Positions 18,537-28,596 of a DNA stretch of 64,000 nucleotides are shown in pieces; positions within the stretch are counted from its first letter, which is position 1, and each line of letters opens with the position of its first letter. The position numbers were made by a program, and so were the translations under genes. Under the pieces are notes generated by a model, which worked only from the letters and a program-made list of their open reading frames with translations, made no database searches and was not told the DNA's origin. The DNA comes from Clostridiales bacterium (lineage in GTDB: Bacteria; Bacillota; Clostridia; Oscillospirales; JAAYOS01), in assembly GCA_012520195.1 (NCBI GenBank), contig JAAYOS010000013.1, positions 35,436-99,435 of the forward strand. Direction: 5' to 3'.

Positions 18537-20540
18537 ATGGCGACGACTCAAAATATCAGAAATATCTGCCTGCTGGGGCACGGAGGAGACGGTAAAACCA
18601 GTCTTGCAGAGAGCATCTTATACTTTACCAAGGGAACTGATAGACTGGGTAAGGTACCGGATGGTACTACTGTATCCGACTACGACCCCGAAGAAATTCG
18701 CCGTCAAATCTCGATTTCGGCTTCTCCACTGCCCGTGCATCACGGACAGGTTAAAATCAATTTGCTCGACACACCCGGTTACTTCGATTTCGTCGGAGAG
18801 GTTTTGCAGTGCCTTCGTGTAGCTGATTGCGGACTTGTTGTGCTCACAGCCAAGAATGGAATCAGTGTCGGCACTGAAAAAGCGGTGAAAATGCTTGATG
18901 AACACAAGCTCCCGAAAATGTTCTATATCTCTAAAATAGATGAAGAGAATGCTGATTTTAACAAGACTTTCCAATCCCTTCAGGAGCAATTTGGTATGGC
19001 AGTTTCTCCAATCACCATACCATTAGTCGAAGACGGCAATGTTACAGGCGTAATCGACATTGTGGCAAACAAAGCTTACCGAATCAACGGTACAAAAGAT
19101 GAAGAAGCGCCCATTCCAGACGCTTTTGCAGGTACTGTGGAAGAACTGCGCACTGTTCTCGTTGAGAATGTCGCAGAGACGTCCGAAGAACTGATGGAGA
19201 AGTACTTCGAAGGTGAAGAGTTTACATTTGAAGAGTTCTCAGAGGGAATTCGCGCCGGTGTTGCGAACGGCTCAATATGTCCTGTTTTCTGCGGAAGTGC
19301 AATTACAGGCGCCGGCACCCATTCACTTATTGATGGTATTTCGCACTATGCACCGGCACCGCAGGGTGATCCTGACGCAGAGCCAACTGCAATAGTATTT
19401 AAGACAAACTCTGACCAATATGGTAAGTTCTCCTTCTTTAGAGTAATGTCTGGCACCATAAAGACCGACGATACTCTCGAGAATCCGCGTACAAGGAATA
19501 AGGAGCGGCTTGCACATATCTATTCAATCAAGGGCAAAAAGAACACCGAGGTATTTGAGGTCTGTTGCGGTGACATTGCAGCAGCATCAAAACTGAACGA
19601 CACAAGGACCGGAGACACACTTAGAGCGATCGGTTCAGATGTTGAACTAGAGGGCATCGAGTTCCCAGAGCCAAACTACTCATTGGCCATTATGCCCGTC
19701 ACCAAGGGTGGAGAGGAAAAAATCGCATCCGGTCTTACAAAACTTGCTGAAGAGGATCCTTCTTTTGTAGTGGATCAGAATGTAGAGACAAAACAGATGG
19801 TTATCTCGGGAATCGGTGATATCCAGATCGACGTACTGCGTTCCAAGCTTAAGAGCAGGTTCGGTGCTGATACAACAGTAAGCACACCTGTTGTTGCTTA
19901 TCGTGAAAAGATAAAGAAGAAGGTTAAGGTTGAAGGTAAACACAAGAAGCAGTCGGGCGGACACGGACAGTACGGCCATGTATGGATCGAGTTTGAACCG
20001 GCTCCCGGCGCTGACGACCTTGTGTTTGAAGAGAAGATCTTTGGCGGAAGCGTTCCAAAGAACTTCCATCCGGCCGTTGAAAAGGGTCTCCGTGAGAGCA
20101 TGCAACAGGGCGTACTTGCAGGATACCCCGTTGTTGAACTCAAAGCAACACTAGTTGACGGTTCCTATCACGATGTCGACTCTTCGGAGATGGCCTTTAA
20201 GACAGCTGCCTCGCTTGCCTTTAAGGCAGGACTGGCACAAGCAAATCCAGTTCTGATGGAGCCCATTGGAAACCTCAAGGTAACCATTCCAGACAGTTAC
20301 ATGGGCGACGTAATAGGCGATCTAAACAAGAGGCGTGGCAGAATTCTTGGAATGACCCCTGTTGACGGCGAACAGGTCGTTGAAGCTGAAGTGCCAATGG
20401 CAGAGATGCCTACCTATGCAATAGATCTAAGGTCTATGACGCAGGGACGCGGTTCCTTCACACTCAGGTTTGAGCGCTACGAGGAAGCGCCCGCAAACGT
20501 CCAAGAGAAGGTAGTTGCGGAGAGACAGCAAGCAGAATAA
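18537..20540 (+). CDS. elongation factor G paralogue (EF-G2-like translational GTPase)
   Basis: G1 GHGGDGKTS, G3 DTPGYFDF, and five-domain length (667 aa) with EF-G domain IV/V-like C-terminus. Start at ATG 18537 behind AGGAGGA; the upstream track extension was rejected. Confidence 0.85.
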   Translation: MATTQNIRNICLLGHGGDGKTSLAESILYFTKGTDRLGKVPDGTTVSDYDPEEIRRQISISASPLPVHHGQVKINLLDTPGYFDFVGEVLQCLRVADCGLVVLTAKNGISVGTEKAVKMLDEHKLPKMFYISKIDEENADFNKTFQSLQEQFGMAVSPITIPLVEDGNVTGVIDIVANKAYRINGTKDEEAPIPDAFAGTVEELRTVLVENVAETSEELMEKYFEGEEFTFEEFSEGIRAGVANGSICPVFCGSAITGAGTHSLIDGISHYAPAPQGDPDAEPTAIVFKTNSDQYGKFSFFRVMSGTIKTDDTLENPRTRNKERLAHIYSIKGKKNTEVFEVCCGDIAAASKLNDTRTGDTLRAIGSDVELEGIEFPEPNYSLAIMPVTKGGEEKIASGLTKLAEEDPSFVVDQNVETKQMVISGIGDIQIDVLRSKLKSRFGADTTVSTPVVAYREKIKKKVKVEGKHKKQSGGHGQYGHVWIEFEPAPGADDLVFEEKIFGGSVPKNFHPAVEKGLRESMQQGVLAGYPVVELKATLVDGSYHDVDSSEMAFKTAASLAFKAGLAQANPVLMEPIGNLKVTIPDSYMGDVIGDLNKRRGRILGMTPVDGEQVVEAEVPMAEMPTYAIDLRSMTQGRGSFTLRFERYEEAPANVQEKVVAERQQAE

Positions 20541-20765
20541 AGAAATATTCTGTTTGTAAATAAGTGTAATTAAGATCGTCCTTTCGTCAAAATAGGGTAA
20601 AAGTCCCTTTTAACTCACATTTAATATAATTAACAATTGATTAACATTATCGGTCAGGTTGTACAAATTACGAATTTTACATTTGGTGATTAAGTTAATA
20701 TACTCTGTGGTAGGGGTATGGTATAGTAAGGATACAATTTTGGCATTGATTTGGAGGTATTTAAC

Positions 20766-21878
20766 ATGTCCAGTGTAACACTGAAAGGTGTATACAAAAA
20801 ATATGCAGGTGGCGTAGTAGCCGTTTCGGATTTTAACCTCGATGTTGAAGATAAAGAGTTTATAATCCTGGTTGGTCCTTCAGGATGCGGAAAAACAACA
20901 ACCCTGCGTATGATTGCCGGTCTTGAGGAGATCACCGACGGTGAGCTCTACATAGACGGAAAGCTCTGTAATGATGTTCCGCCTAAGGAGAGGGACATCG
21001 CAATGGTTTTCCAGAACTACGCGCTCTATCCCCATATGACTGTTTTCGATAATATGGCATTCGGATTGAAGTTGCGTCGTATTCCAAAAGATGAGATTAA
21101 GCGCCGCGTCGATGAAGCTGCACGTATTCTTGAAATCGAGCACCTTCTAGACCGTAAGCCTGCAGCACTTTCCGGAGGACAGCGCCAGCGTGTTGCACTT
21201 GGTCGTGCCATAGTCCGTAATCCTAAAGTCTTCCTGCTTGACGAGCCGCTTTCAAACCTCGACGCAAAACTACGTGCACAGATGCGTACAGAGCTTACAA
21301 AGCTGCACATTAGGTTGAACACTACATTTATCTACGTAACTCACGACCAGACAGAGGCTATGACAATGGGAACCCGTATCGTTGTCATGAAGGACGGCTT
21401 TATTCAGCAGGTTGCAACACCACAGAGCCTATATGAAGAGCCGATAAACCTCTTCGTTGCTACCTTTATCGGTTCGCCACAGATGAACACGATAAACGTC
21501 ACACTTGTTGACGAGGGTGGAGTCACTTACGCAGAGTTTGGCGATGCCCGCATTGCTCTCCCAGAGAGTAAGGGTCGTAAGCCCGAAGTACTCGCATATG
21601 CTGGCCAAGAGGTTATTATGGGTATTCGTCCCGAGAACATTCATGACGAAGAAATGTTCCTAAACATGCACCCAGATTCTCTGGTAACCACCGATGTAGA
21701 TGTCGTTGAGCAGATGGGTAATGAGAACTTCCTATACCTCGTATGCAACGGCAAGCAGATGACAGCACGTGTGTCGAATCGCTCAACCGCCAAAAACGGC
21801 GACACCATCAAGGTAGCATTTGACACCTCCAAGATCCATCTCTTTGATAAGGACAGCGAAAAGACAATAACCAACTAA
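20766..21878 (+). CDS. sugar ABC transporter ATP-binding protein, MsmK/MsmX/MalK type, orphan (no adjacent permease)
   Basis: Walker A GPSGCGKTT, LSGGQRQR, LLDEPLSNLD, and a C-terminal MalK-like regulatory domain. Start at ATG 20766 behind GGAGG. Confidence 0.9.
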   Translation: MSSVTLKGVYKKYAGGVVAVSDFNLDVEDKEFIILVGPSGCGKTTTLRMIAGLEEITDGELYIDGKLCNDVPPKERDIAMVFQNYALYPHMTVFDNMAFGLKLRRIPKDEIKRRVDEAARILEIEHLLDRKPAALSGGQRQRVALGRAIVRNPKVFLLDEPLSNLDAKLRAQMRTELTKLHIRLNTTFIYVTHDQTEAMTMGTRIVVMKDGFIQQVATPQSLYEEPINLFVATFIGSPQMNTINVTLVDEGGVTYAEFGDARIALPESKGRKPEVLAYAGQEVIMGIRPENIHDEEMFLNMHPDSLVTTDVDVVEQMGNENFLYLVCNGKQMTARVSNRSTAKNGDTIKVAFDTSKIHLFDKDSEKTITN

Positions 21879-21918
21879 TTTACTCAGATTATTCGGTTAC
21901 TTATCATATTCAAACTAG

Positions 21919-21955
21919 CCCCGGTAGAGCCTATTTTATGCTCTACCGGGGTTTA
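21919..21955 (+). terminator. rho-independent terminator after the MsmK-type gene
   Basis: CCCCGGTAGAGC-loop-GCTCTACCGGGG followed by TTT. Confidence 0.8.
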
Positions 21956-22181
21956 CAATGTTGAATTTGTGTATTTTTTATGGATGACTGTAAAAAACAG
22001 CCTGAGTTCGCTGTTTATTGGCACATTATATATTAATTTATGCGGAAATTTTACATTATGTAAAGTTTCACTTGAAAATATATCGAAAACAGGGTAATAT
22101 AATAGGAGCAACAAATATGCTACTTCTCGTAGAAGATTACATTATAGTTCATTTCACTTTGACAAGAAAGAGGGTCCAATA

Positions 22182-23273
22182 ATGTCGAGTAGAATATTTC
22201 AGGGAATGATCCTACAGCTAAAAGAAGCAACAAACCGGACACTCGGTGTTTTAGATAATGCCGGTACAGTAATCGCATGCAGTGATCTCAGTATGATTGG
22301 TAACAAGAGAGAGACGGCGGTTACAGAGCTTAACAATCAAAATGAAGCTATGGTATGTATCGAAGGCTACACATACAAGATTCTGTCCACCTTCGGAAAT
22401 CACTTTGACTATGCTATTTTCGTCCATGGCGAGGACGATACCGCTGAGTGCCTAGCAATTATGGCAGCAGTGGCACTTAACAGTGCAAAACAGTCGCATG
22501 ATGAGAAGCATGATAAGACAACCTTCATTAAGAATATTATCCTTGACAATATTCTTTCAGGTGACATCTATATACGTGCTCGTGAACTGCACTTTCAGAC
22601 CAATGTTCCATATGCTGTGCTCCTGATTAGACAGGAGAGCAAGACGGATCTCGCTGTCATAGACATCGTTCAGAATATGTTCCCGGACCGTCAGAGTGAC
22701 TTTGTAATAAACGTCAGCGAGACGGATATTGCTCTGGTCAAGCAGGTTCGTAAGAATACAACTACTAAAGAACTAGTCGACCTGGCTCTTTCTGTCGAGG
22801 AAACAATAAATGCCGAACTGTACATAAAAACAGTTATCGGCATCGGCACCATTGCCCTACACCTACGTGATTTGGCCGGATCCTTTAAAGCAGCTCAAAC
22901 CGCAATAGATGTAGGAAAGGTGTTTGACACAGAGAAAAACATCGTCGCATATGACAATCTCGGTATTGCAAGGTTGATTTACCAGCTGCCAACTACACTA
23001 TGTGAGATGTTCCTTTCTGAAGTATTCAAAAAGAACACGATCGACAGCCTTGACTCAGAGACAATCTTTACAATTAATAAATTCTTTGAAAACAACCTGA
23101 ATGTCTCAGAGACTTCCAGGAAGCTCTTCGTTCACAGAAACACCCTTGTTTATCGGCTTGAGAAAATTAAGAAGCTGACCGGGCTGGATTTGCGTGAGTT
23201 CGATCACGCTATTATCTTCAAGATTGCGCTGATGGTACGCAAATATCTCGCCAGCAAGGAGACAAAATACTGA
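22182..23273 (+). CDS. PucR/CdaR family transcriptional regulator
   Basis: C-terminal PucR-type HTH ([35 protein letters not shown]). N-terminal putative ligand domain. Stop overlaps the ftsE ATG (TGATG). Confidence 0.8.
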   Translation: MSSRIFQGMILQLKEATNRTLGVLDNAGTVIACSDLSMIGNKRETAVTELNNQNEAMVCIEGYTYKILSTFGNHFDYAIFVHGEDDTAECLAIMAAVALNSAKQSHDEKHDKTTFIKNIILDNILSGDIYIRARELHFQTNVPYAVLLIRQESKTDLAVIDIVQNMFPDRQSDFVINVSETDIALVKQVRKNTTTKELVDLALSVEETINAELYIKTVIGIGTIALHLRDLAGSFKAAQTAIDVGKVFDTEKNIVAYDNLGIARLIYQLPTTLCEMFLSEVFKKNTIDSLDSETIFTINKFFENNLNVSETSRKLFVHRNTLVYRLEKIKKLTGLDLREFDHAIIFKIALMVRKYLASKETKY

Positions 23274-23953
23274 TGGTTCGATTCTCCGGCGTACATTTAA
23301 CATACGGAAACGGGACCAAAGCCATAAAAGGGATAGATTTTCGTGTAGACGACGGAGAGTTTATCTTCCTTATAGGACCTTCTGGTTCAGGTAAATCAAC
23401 AATTGTTAAGTTGATCACAGGAGAGCTAAGGCCCACCCATGGCAGGGTAATCGTTAACGGATTCAATGTCGGCTCTTTGAGGCAGTCTGTCATTCCAAAG
23501 CTGCGCCGAACAGTTGGTGTTATATTCCAGGACTTCAGGCTTATTGAGAAGAAGACCGTATATGAGAACGTCGAGTTTGCCATGAGGGTCATCGGCGCCG
23601 ATAGAAGAAACATCAAGGAGAGAGTCCCGGTTATTCTTGATTTGGTGGGACTTTCACACAAGAAGAACCGTTTCCCGCACGAGCTTTCAGGTGGAGAGCA
23701 GCAGCGGGTAGCAATCGCGCGTGCTCTTATAAACAATCCGAGGACTATTATCGCAGACGAACCTACGGGAAACCTGGACCCTGTCCGTTCAAAAGAGATT
23801 ATTTACCTGCTCGAGAAGATAAACAGTCTTGGTACCACCGTAATAACTGTTACTCACGAACGTGATATAGTAAACAGCCTGTCAAAGCGCGTAATAGCTA
23901 TCGATGGGGGAAGAATAATCAGTGACCAGATTGGTGGGTATTTCGCATTATGA
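23273..23953 (+). CDS. ftsE: cell division ATP-binding protein FtsE
   Basis: 226 aa. [28 protein letters not shown]. Followed by ftsX with a 4-nt overlap. Confidence 0.92.
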   Translation: MVRFSGVHLTYGNGTKAIKGIDFRVDDGEFIFLIGPSGSGKSTIVKLITGELRPTHGRVIVNGFNVGSLRQSVIPKLRRTVGVIFQDFRLIEKKTVYENVEFAMRVIGADRRNIKERVPVILDLVGLSHKKNRFPHELSGGEQQRVAIARALINNPRTIIADEPTGNLDPVRSKEIIYLLEKINSLGTTVITVTHERDIVNSLSKRVIAIDGGRIISDQIGGYFAL

Positions 23954-24837
23954 AAGGTTATGATTTTCTCTACTTTTTTCGTGAGGGTGTAAAAAGCATT
24001 TTCAGCCACGGATTCATGAGCTTTGCGGCTGTCAGCGTGATACTGGCTTGCCTTCTGATAATTGGAAGCTTTACACTCCTATCTATGAATATTGACATGA
24101 TCGTATCCGAGGCCGAGTCTTCGACTGAGATAATCGCCTTTGTGGATGAAAAACTGTCCCTATCTGAGGCGAGAAGCATCGGATCAAGAATAAACAGGAT
24201 CGAAAATGTCGCAAACTCGATTTTTGTCACCAGGGACCAGGCATTTGAAGAATACACAGAGGAGTTGGGCGAAGATAGCTACCTCCTTGAAGGGCTTGAG
24301 GACGAGCCAATTCTCAGGCATAGATACCGTATCTTTATAGAGGACGTCTCACTTACAGAGGAGACTTCGAACAAAATATATAGTATTCCGGGCATTGCCC
24401 GAGTCAACCCAAGTCTTGAAATATCACAAGCAATAGTAAACTTCAAAAATATCCTAAGCGCTGTTACATATATACTAGCCGCAATACTCGTAGGTGTATC
24501 AGTTTTCATAATATCAAACACAGTAAAACTGACAACCTTCGACAGACGCGATGAAATAGCTATCATGAAAATGGTTGGGGCGACAAACGCGTTTATTCGC
24601 TGGCCATTTGTGTTTGAAGGTTTTATACTTGGCACTCTCGGTGGTTCTCTCGCCTTCGGTGCACAGTGGCTTATTTACAACTATACTGTTGATAAGATCT
24701 CGGTTGGTCAGACGCTGATTAACCTAGTCGATTTTCAGACAATTGCAGTCCCAATGCTTGTACTATTTATCATTGCAGGGTTTATTGTTGGAATTGGCGG
24801 AAGTGTGCTAACGATACGAAAATTCATGAAAGTATAG
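23950..24837 (+). CDS. ftsX: cell division permease-like protein FtsX
   Basis: 295 aa. N-terminal TM, extracellular domain, then three C-terminal TMs with the MKMVGAT motif typical of FtsX. Confidence 0.9.
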   Translation: MKGYDFLYFFREGVKSIFSHGFMSFAAVSVILACLLIIGSFTLLSMNIDMIVSEAESSTEIIAFVDEKLSLSEARSIGSRINRIENVANSIFVTRDQAFEEYTEELGEDSYLLEGLEDEPILRHRYRIFIEDVSLTEETSNKIYSIPGIARVNPSLEISQAIVNFKNILSAVTYILAAILVGVSVFIISNTVKLTTFDRRDEIAIMKMVGATNAFIRWPFVFEGFILGTLGGSLAFGAQWLIYNYTVDKISVGQTLINLVDFQTIAVPMLVLFIIAGFIVGIGGSVLTIRKFMKV

Positions 24838-24891
24838 AAAAGGTCCATCTTTTTATAGATTTTCAAATCTTTCTGCATCCGGAGGTACAAC

Positions 24892-26079
24892 ATGCCCGAA
24901 TCGAAAGTGAAAAAAATAGCGGGAATAATCGCTATCATACTGGCGGCACTCATAATACTGCCAATTGTAATGTCTATTCTCAGCGGAAGCGCATACGCCG
25001 CAATAAGTGAAGCGGAGCTAAAGAAACTAAAAGAACAGTCTTCAGCCCTTTCAAAAGAGAGTAAGAAGATTGCCGAAGAACTCAAGAAAGTTCGCTCTAC
25101 AAAAGCATCCGCTATCAAGGAAAAGAGCATTATAGATAACCAGATCTCAATTCTCGAACAGGAAATCGAGACATCCAACCTCATAATACAGAATCTCAGT
25201 GAGCAGATTGCTGCAAAGGAGTTGGAGATTGCCGAAGCTGAGAAACAAGAGGCATATGAGTATGAAATGTTTAAGAAGCGGCTCCGCGCAATGGAAGAGA
25301 ACCGTTCCGCTTCATACATAGGAGTACTGCTTAAGTGTGAAACTTTTTCAGATTTGCTTTGCAGAAGTGAGATGATCGGTGAGATTATCCTATTTGACCG
25401 CGAGCTGATGGATAGCTTAAAGCGAGTGAGGGAGAACATTGAGCTCGCTAAAGCGGAGTTAGAGGCTAGCAGGGCAGATCAGAACAGCACCCGTGAAAGC
25501 CTGATTGCCCAGGCCGAAAACCTTGAGATTAAGTATGCTGAGCAAAATAGCATAATAAAGACCCTCGAGCAGGACGAGGATGCGTTTGAAACCGAGTACG
25601 AGGAAGCTCTCAAGGAGATGGAGCGCGTTAACAAGGAAGTTGCCAAGATGGCAGCCGAGCTTGCTAAGCGTTCAAAGTACGTCGGAGGAAAATACCTCTG
25701 GCCGACACCCGGGTACTATACAATAACCTCAAAGTACGGAAACAGATATCACCCAATATTGAAAAAGAACAGCTTTCATAGCGGAATCGATATTGGAGCA
25801 CCCAGCGGGACGGATATACTAGCTTCAAATAGCGGTGAGGTAATAGTAGCCGGATGGAATAATGCCTATGGTAACTATGTTGTAATAAACCACGGCGGCG
25901 GACAGACTACGCTGTATGCTCACATGTCAAAGATACTTGTCAAGAAGGGACAAAATGTCAAGCGTGGAGATAAAATCGGTCGTGTCGGCTCCACTGGTTG
26001 GTCCACTGGCCCGCATCTACATTTTGAAATAAGCATTGACGGAAAGACTAAGAATCCAAAGGATTATTTCCCCGATTAA
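24892..26079 (+). CDS. coiled-coil M23 family metallopeptidase (EnvC/PcsB-like FtsEX partner candidate)
   Basis: Signal/TM segment, about 230 aa of coiled coil, then a C-terminal LytM/M23 domain (HSGIDIGAP ... GSTGWSTGPHLHFE). GGAGG RBS. Confidence 0.88.
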   Translation: MPESKVKKIAGIIAIILAALIILPIVMSILSGSAYAAISEAELKKLKEQSSALSKESKKIAEELKKVRSTKASAIKEKSIIDNQISILEQEIETSNLIIQNLSEQIAAKELEIAEAEKQEAYEYEMFKKRLRAMEENRSASYIGVLLKCETFSDLLCRSEMIGEIILFDRELMDSLKRVRENIELAKAELEASRADQNSTRESLIAQAENLEIKYAEQNSIIKTLEQDEDAFETEYEEALKEMERVNKEVAKMAAELAKRSKYVGGKYLWPTPGYYTITSKYGNRYHPILKKNSFHSGIDIGAPSGTDILASNSGEVIVAGWNNAYGNYVVINHGGGQTTLYAHMSKILVKKGQNVKRGDKIGRVGSTGWSTGPHLHFEISIDGKTKNPKDYFPD

Positions 26080-26228
26080 GTTTGTGTACGGTGCAGTAAC
26101 TTCTGGGAGAACACTTCCATTATTTATCTAACAACACTCTATTGTATTTTTAGTATAAAGTGATTATAATTATTAATCGTCGATATTAGTTCGGTAAGTT
26201 TGCGCTGTATGATACTGATATTACATTA

Positions 26229-26274
26229 AGCTTGCCCAAGCTCCACCGCTCGCGTGAAGCTGGGCAAGTTTTGG
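26229..26274 (+). terminator. candidate rho-independent terminator 150 nt downstream of the M23 gene
   Basis: AGCTTGCCCAAGCT ... AGCTGGGCAAGTTTT, an imperfect stem with one bulge. Confidence 0.5.
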
Positions 26275-26316
26275 TTGATAAGGCTTGCCTAATAGTTGAA
26301 AGGATTGTAACAGCTG

Positions 26317-27519
26317 ATGAAAAAAAAGTTTAATGTTGCGACAATAATAGGACTTATGTTATTGGTTGCAGTTATCACCTTCACCATAACTTATCTTACT
26401 GTTGAAAGACAGTTCCAGGAGCAATTGGCCATTGAAAAGTCGCGGGACGATGTTTTCAACAAACTGGGTAAAATTGTAGATATCATTGACGAGATGTACA
26501 TTGGTGAGTACGATCCTGATGACCTCATTGATGGAGCTGCGTATGGCCTGGTCGCAGCAACTGGCGATAGATGGTCATACTACATGAACGAAGAGGACTA
26601 CGCAAGCTACAAAGATAGTATTATGAACCAATATGTCGGTATCGGCGTTACTGTCACATTCGATGAAGACAATCAGGCCCTTGTGATTGCGAAGGTACAC
26701 ACCGGCTCGCCAGCCGAGGCTGCAGGCCTAAAGGTAAGGGATATGATTGTCGGAGTTGACGGTCAAAAGGTATCAGATTTAGGATATGACGGTACTGTAA
26801 GTAAGGTCCGTGGTGAGGAGAACACACCGGTTGTTCTTGAGATAATGAGGGGCACTACAGCTATGACACGCGAGATTGTAAGAAAAAGCTATCTCTACAA
26901 TCCGGTAAGCTCAAAAATTATCTCAGATAATATCGGATATATAAAAATCGACAATTTTGACAGCCGTGTTGATGTAAGCTTTGAAGATGCACTCGGGAAA
27001 CTGTTGGACGCAAATGTTGACGGGTTGATATTCGATGTCAGAGGAAATCCCGGAGGCTTGAAGAACGCAATGGTCAACATGCTCGATTTGCTATGCCCTG
27101 AAGGCGTGCTCTTCACTATGCGCGACAAGAACGGTGTTGAGTCTATTGACTACTCCGCTCCCGGCCAGGTAGATCTACCTATGGTTGTTATAATCGATGA
27201 AAACTCATATAGTGCGGCAGAATTTTTTGCAGCAGCACTACGTGAGTATGACAAAGCAGAGATAGTCGGTACGAGCACTTTTGGTAAGGGATATTCTCAG
27301 ATAACGCTTGAACTAGGTGACGGTTCAGCCATAAACTTATCAACAAACGAGTACTTCACCCCCAATGGTGAGAGCCTCATAGGGGTCGGAGTCACTCCCG
27401 ACCACTACGTGGAGCTCGGGTTTGACGGTAGTTTCTTATTGCTGGACGAGAAGGATGACCCGCAACTGCAGAAAGCTATCGAAGTGGTGGCTCTAAACAT
27501 AGCCCTGGCAAAGGAGTAG
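26317..27519 (+). CDS. S41 family C-terminal processing peptidase (Ctp)
   Basis: N-terminal TM, PDZ region (GSPAEAAGLKVRDMIVGVDG), and S41 catalytic region (DVRGNPGG ... SYSAAEFFA ... GTSTFGKG). Confidence 0.9.
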   Translation: MKKKFNVATIIGLMLLVAVITFTITYLTVERQFQEQLAIEKSRDDVFNKLGKIVDIIDEMYIGEYDPDDLIDGAAYGLVAATGDRWSYYMNEEDYASYKDSIMNQYVGIGVTVTFDEDNQALVIAKVHTGSPAEAAGLKVRDMIVGVDGQKVSDLGYDGTVSKVRGEENTPVVLEIMRGTTAMTREIVRKSYLYNPVSSKIISDNIGYIKIDNFDSRVDVSFEDALGKLLDANVDGLIFDVRGNPGGLKNAMVNMLDLLCPEGVLFTMRDKNGVESIDYSAPGQVDLPMVVIIDENSYSAAEFFAAALREYDKAEIVGTSTFGKGYSQITLELGDGSAINLSTNEYFTPNGESLIGVGVTPDHYVELGFDGSFLLLDEKDDPQLQKAIEVVALNIALAKE

Positions 27520-27623
27520 GACCTGTCACACCTTATGGCGTAGGGACTGTCACGCCTGTTTGAGAGACTATAACCGTCATTAACCAGGTCAAAACCGAAT
27601 ATACTTCACTGGGTCATATGCGC

Positions 27624-27647
27624 ACATACACAGTGACATACACAGTG
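27624..27647. repeat. perfect 12-bp tandem duplication ACATACACAGTG x2 just upstream of the hypothetical gene
   Basis: Copies at 27624-27635 and 27636-27647, 12 nt before TTG 27660. Confidence 0.9.
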
Positions 27648-27659
27648 GGGTGAGAGTGG

Positions 27660-28463
27660 TTGTTTGCATTGGTTAGAACCCGGGAATGTCCTGCAGAAAG
27701 TCCTCTTAAGCGGCTGGCACGTCGTTTATCTGCAGCAGACGGACTACACTTTGAACTAAGCAGTTCCTTTGGTGTAAGAGTGCTCGAATGTACGATCGAT
27801 ATTCTTCAAAATGAGAGCAAAAGAAGGAGCCATGCAAGGGCTGACAGAGCGTTTAACTTCTTAGCTGAAAATAAGATAATATGTGTAGTGCCTTCAGAAA
27901 ACTTTGAATTTTCTGAATTAATACAACAGTATAAACTCTATATTCCCGACTTGAAAAAGCTATGGTCAAAGACAGCTGGTATGATAGCTTCCTATATTAT
28001 GGAACTGGGTAACGATGCTACATCGGTAGCAATATACGCAAACAGAGTGAGCTCTGAGCTGGATGATACCGTGAAACATCTGTTACCTCTAACACGTCGA
28101 TTGGCTCTCTGCTGTAGTGGCAGAGCAGAGCTATATATTCGCGCGTTATTGAGAGAGTACGGAATCTCAATTGTGACATCATATAGAGCGTTGGTGTCTG
28201 CAGACATTCACTTAATGCTTCAGAGACCGCCCGTGTTACCGGAAGTCAAGAGTAATGCAGTTGCTATTCAATTTTATAGTGACGAGTATAAACTACCCTG
28301 TTACTCAGTGAAGAACATCGAGTACTCATGGCCAGAAAGAATTATGTTACCGCAGGGATACCCCGCTGACATGTTGCTTGCTGCGCTCAATGAGGCGGGT
28401 GCAATTCGACAGCAAGAGATAAATATCAAGAATGTGCTAATATCCGAAAATGATACGGTATAG
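27660..28463 (+). CDS. hypothetical protein (no family recognised)
   Basis: 267-codon ORF with a TTG start and a weak, closely spaced RBS. Balanced composition and no TM segments. Fills the gap between ctp and the greA promoter. No motif I can name. Confidence 0.5.
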   Translation: MFALVRTRECPAESPLKRLARRLSAADGLHFELSSSFGVRVLECTIDILQNESKRRSHARADRAFNFLAENKIICVVPSENFEFSELIQQYKLYIPDLKKLWSKTAGMIASYIMELGNDATSVAIYANRVSSELDDTVKHLLPLTRRLALCCSGRAELYIRALLREYGISIVTSYRALVSADIHLMLQRPPVLPEVKSNAVAIQFYSDEYKLPCYSVKNIEYSWPERIMLPQGYPADMLLAALNEAGAIRQQEINIKNVLISENDTV

Positions 28464-28498
28464 GAAACGAAAATATGGCAGGAGTTGCCATTGCTCTA

Positions 28499-28527
28499 TT
28501 GACAAAGTATACCCAAGTCATTATAAT
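28499..28527 (+). promoter_or_regulatory. consensus sigma-A promoter for greA-lysS
   Basis: TTGACA (28499-28504), exactly 17 nt, TATAAT (28522-28527). Confidence 0.75.
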
Positions 28528-28596
28528 ACTTTTTAATGTAATTTAATTGTGTTATTATTATTTTTTTATATATAACGCTTTGAAAGGAGCCATTAT

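Noticed and set aside
23275-23290. GGTTCGATTCTCCGGC resembling a tRNA T-arm
   Set aside because: It lies in the first codons of ftsE, and no acceptor, D or anticodon arms can be drawn around it.
23218-23736. 172-aa minus-strand ORF
   Set aside because: Antisense to ftsE, a common shadow ORF of ABC ATPase genes.
24735-25439. 234-aa minus-strand ORF
   Set aside because: Antisense to the coiled-coil part of the M23 peptidase. Ser/Ile/Phe-rich low-complexity translation, typical of the reverse strand of E/K/L-rich coding sequence.
26319-26327. A8 run right after the ctp start codon as a possible slippage or phase-variation site
   Set aside because: It encodes the common MKKK signal-anchor start. 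A run of 8 is short, and nothing else suggests phase variation.
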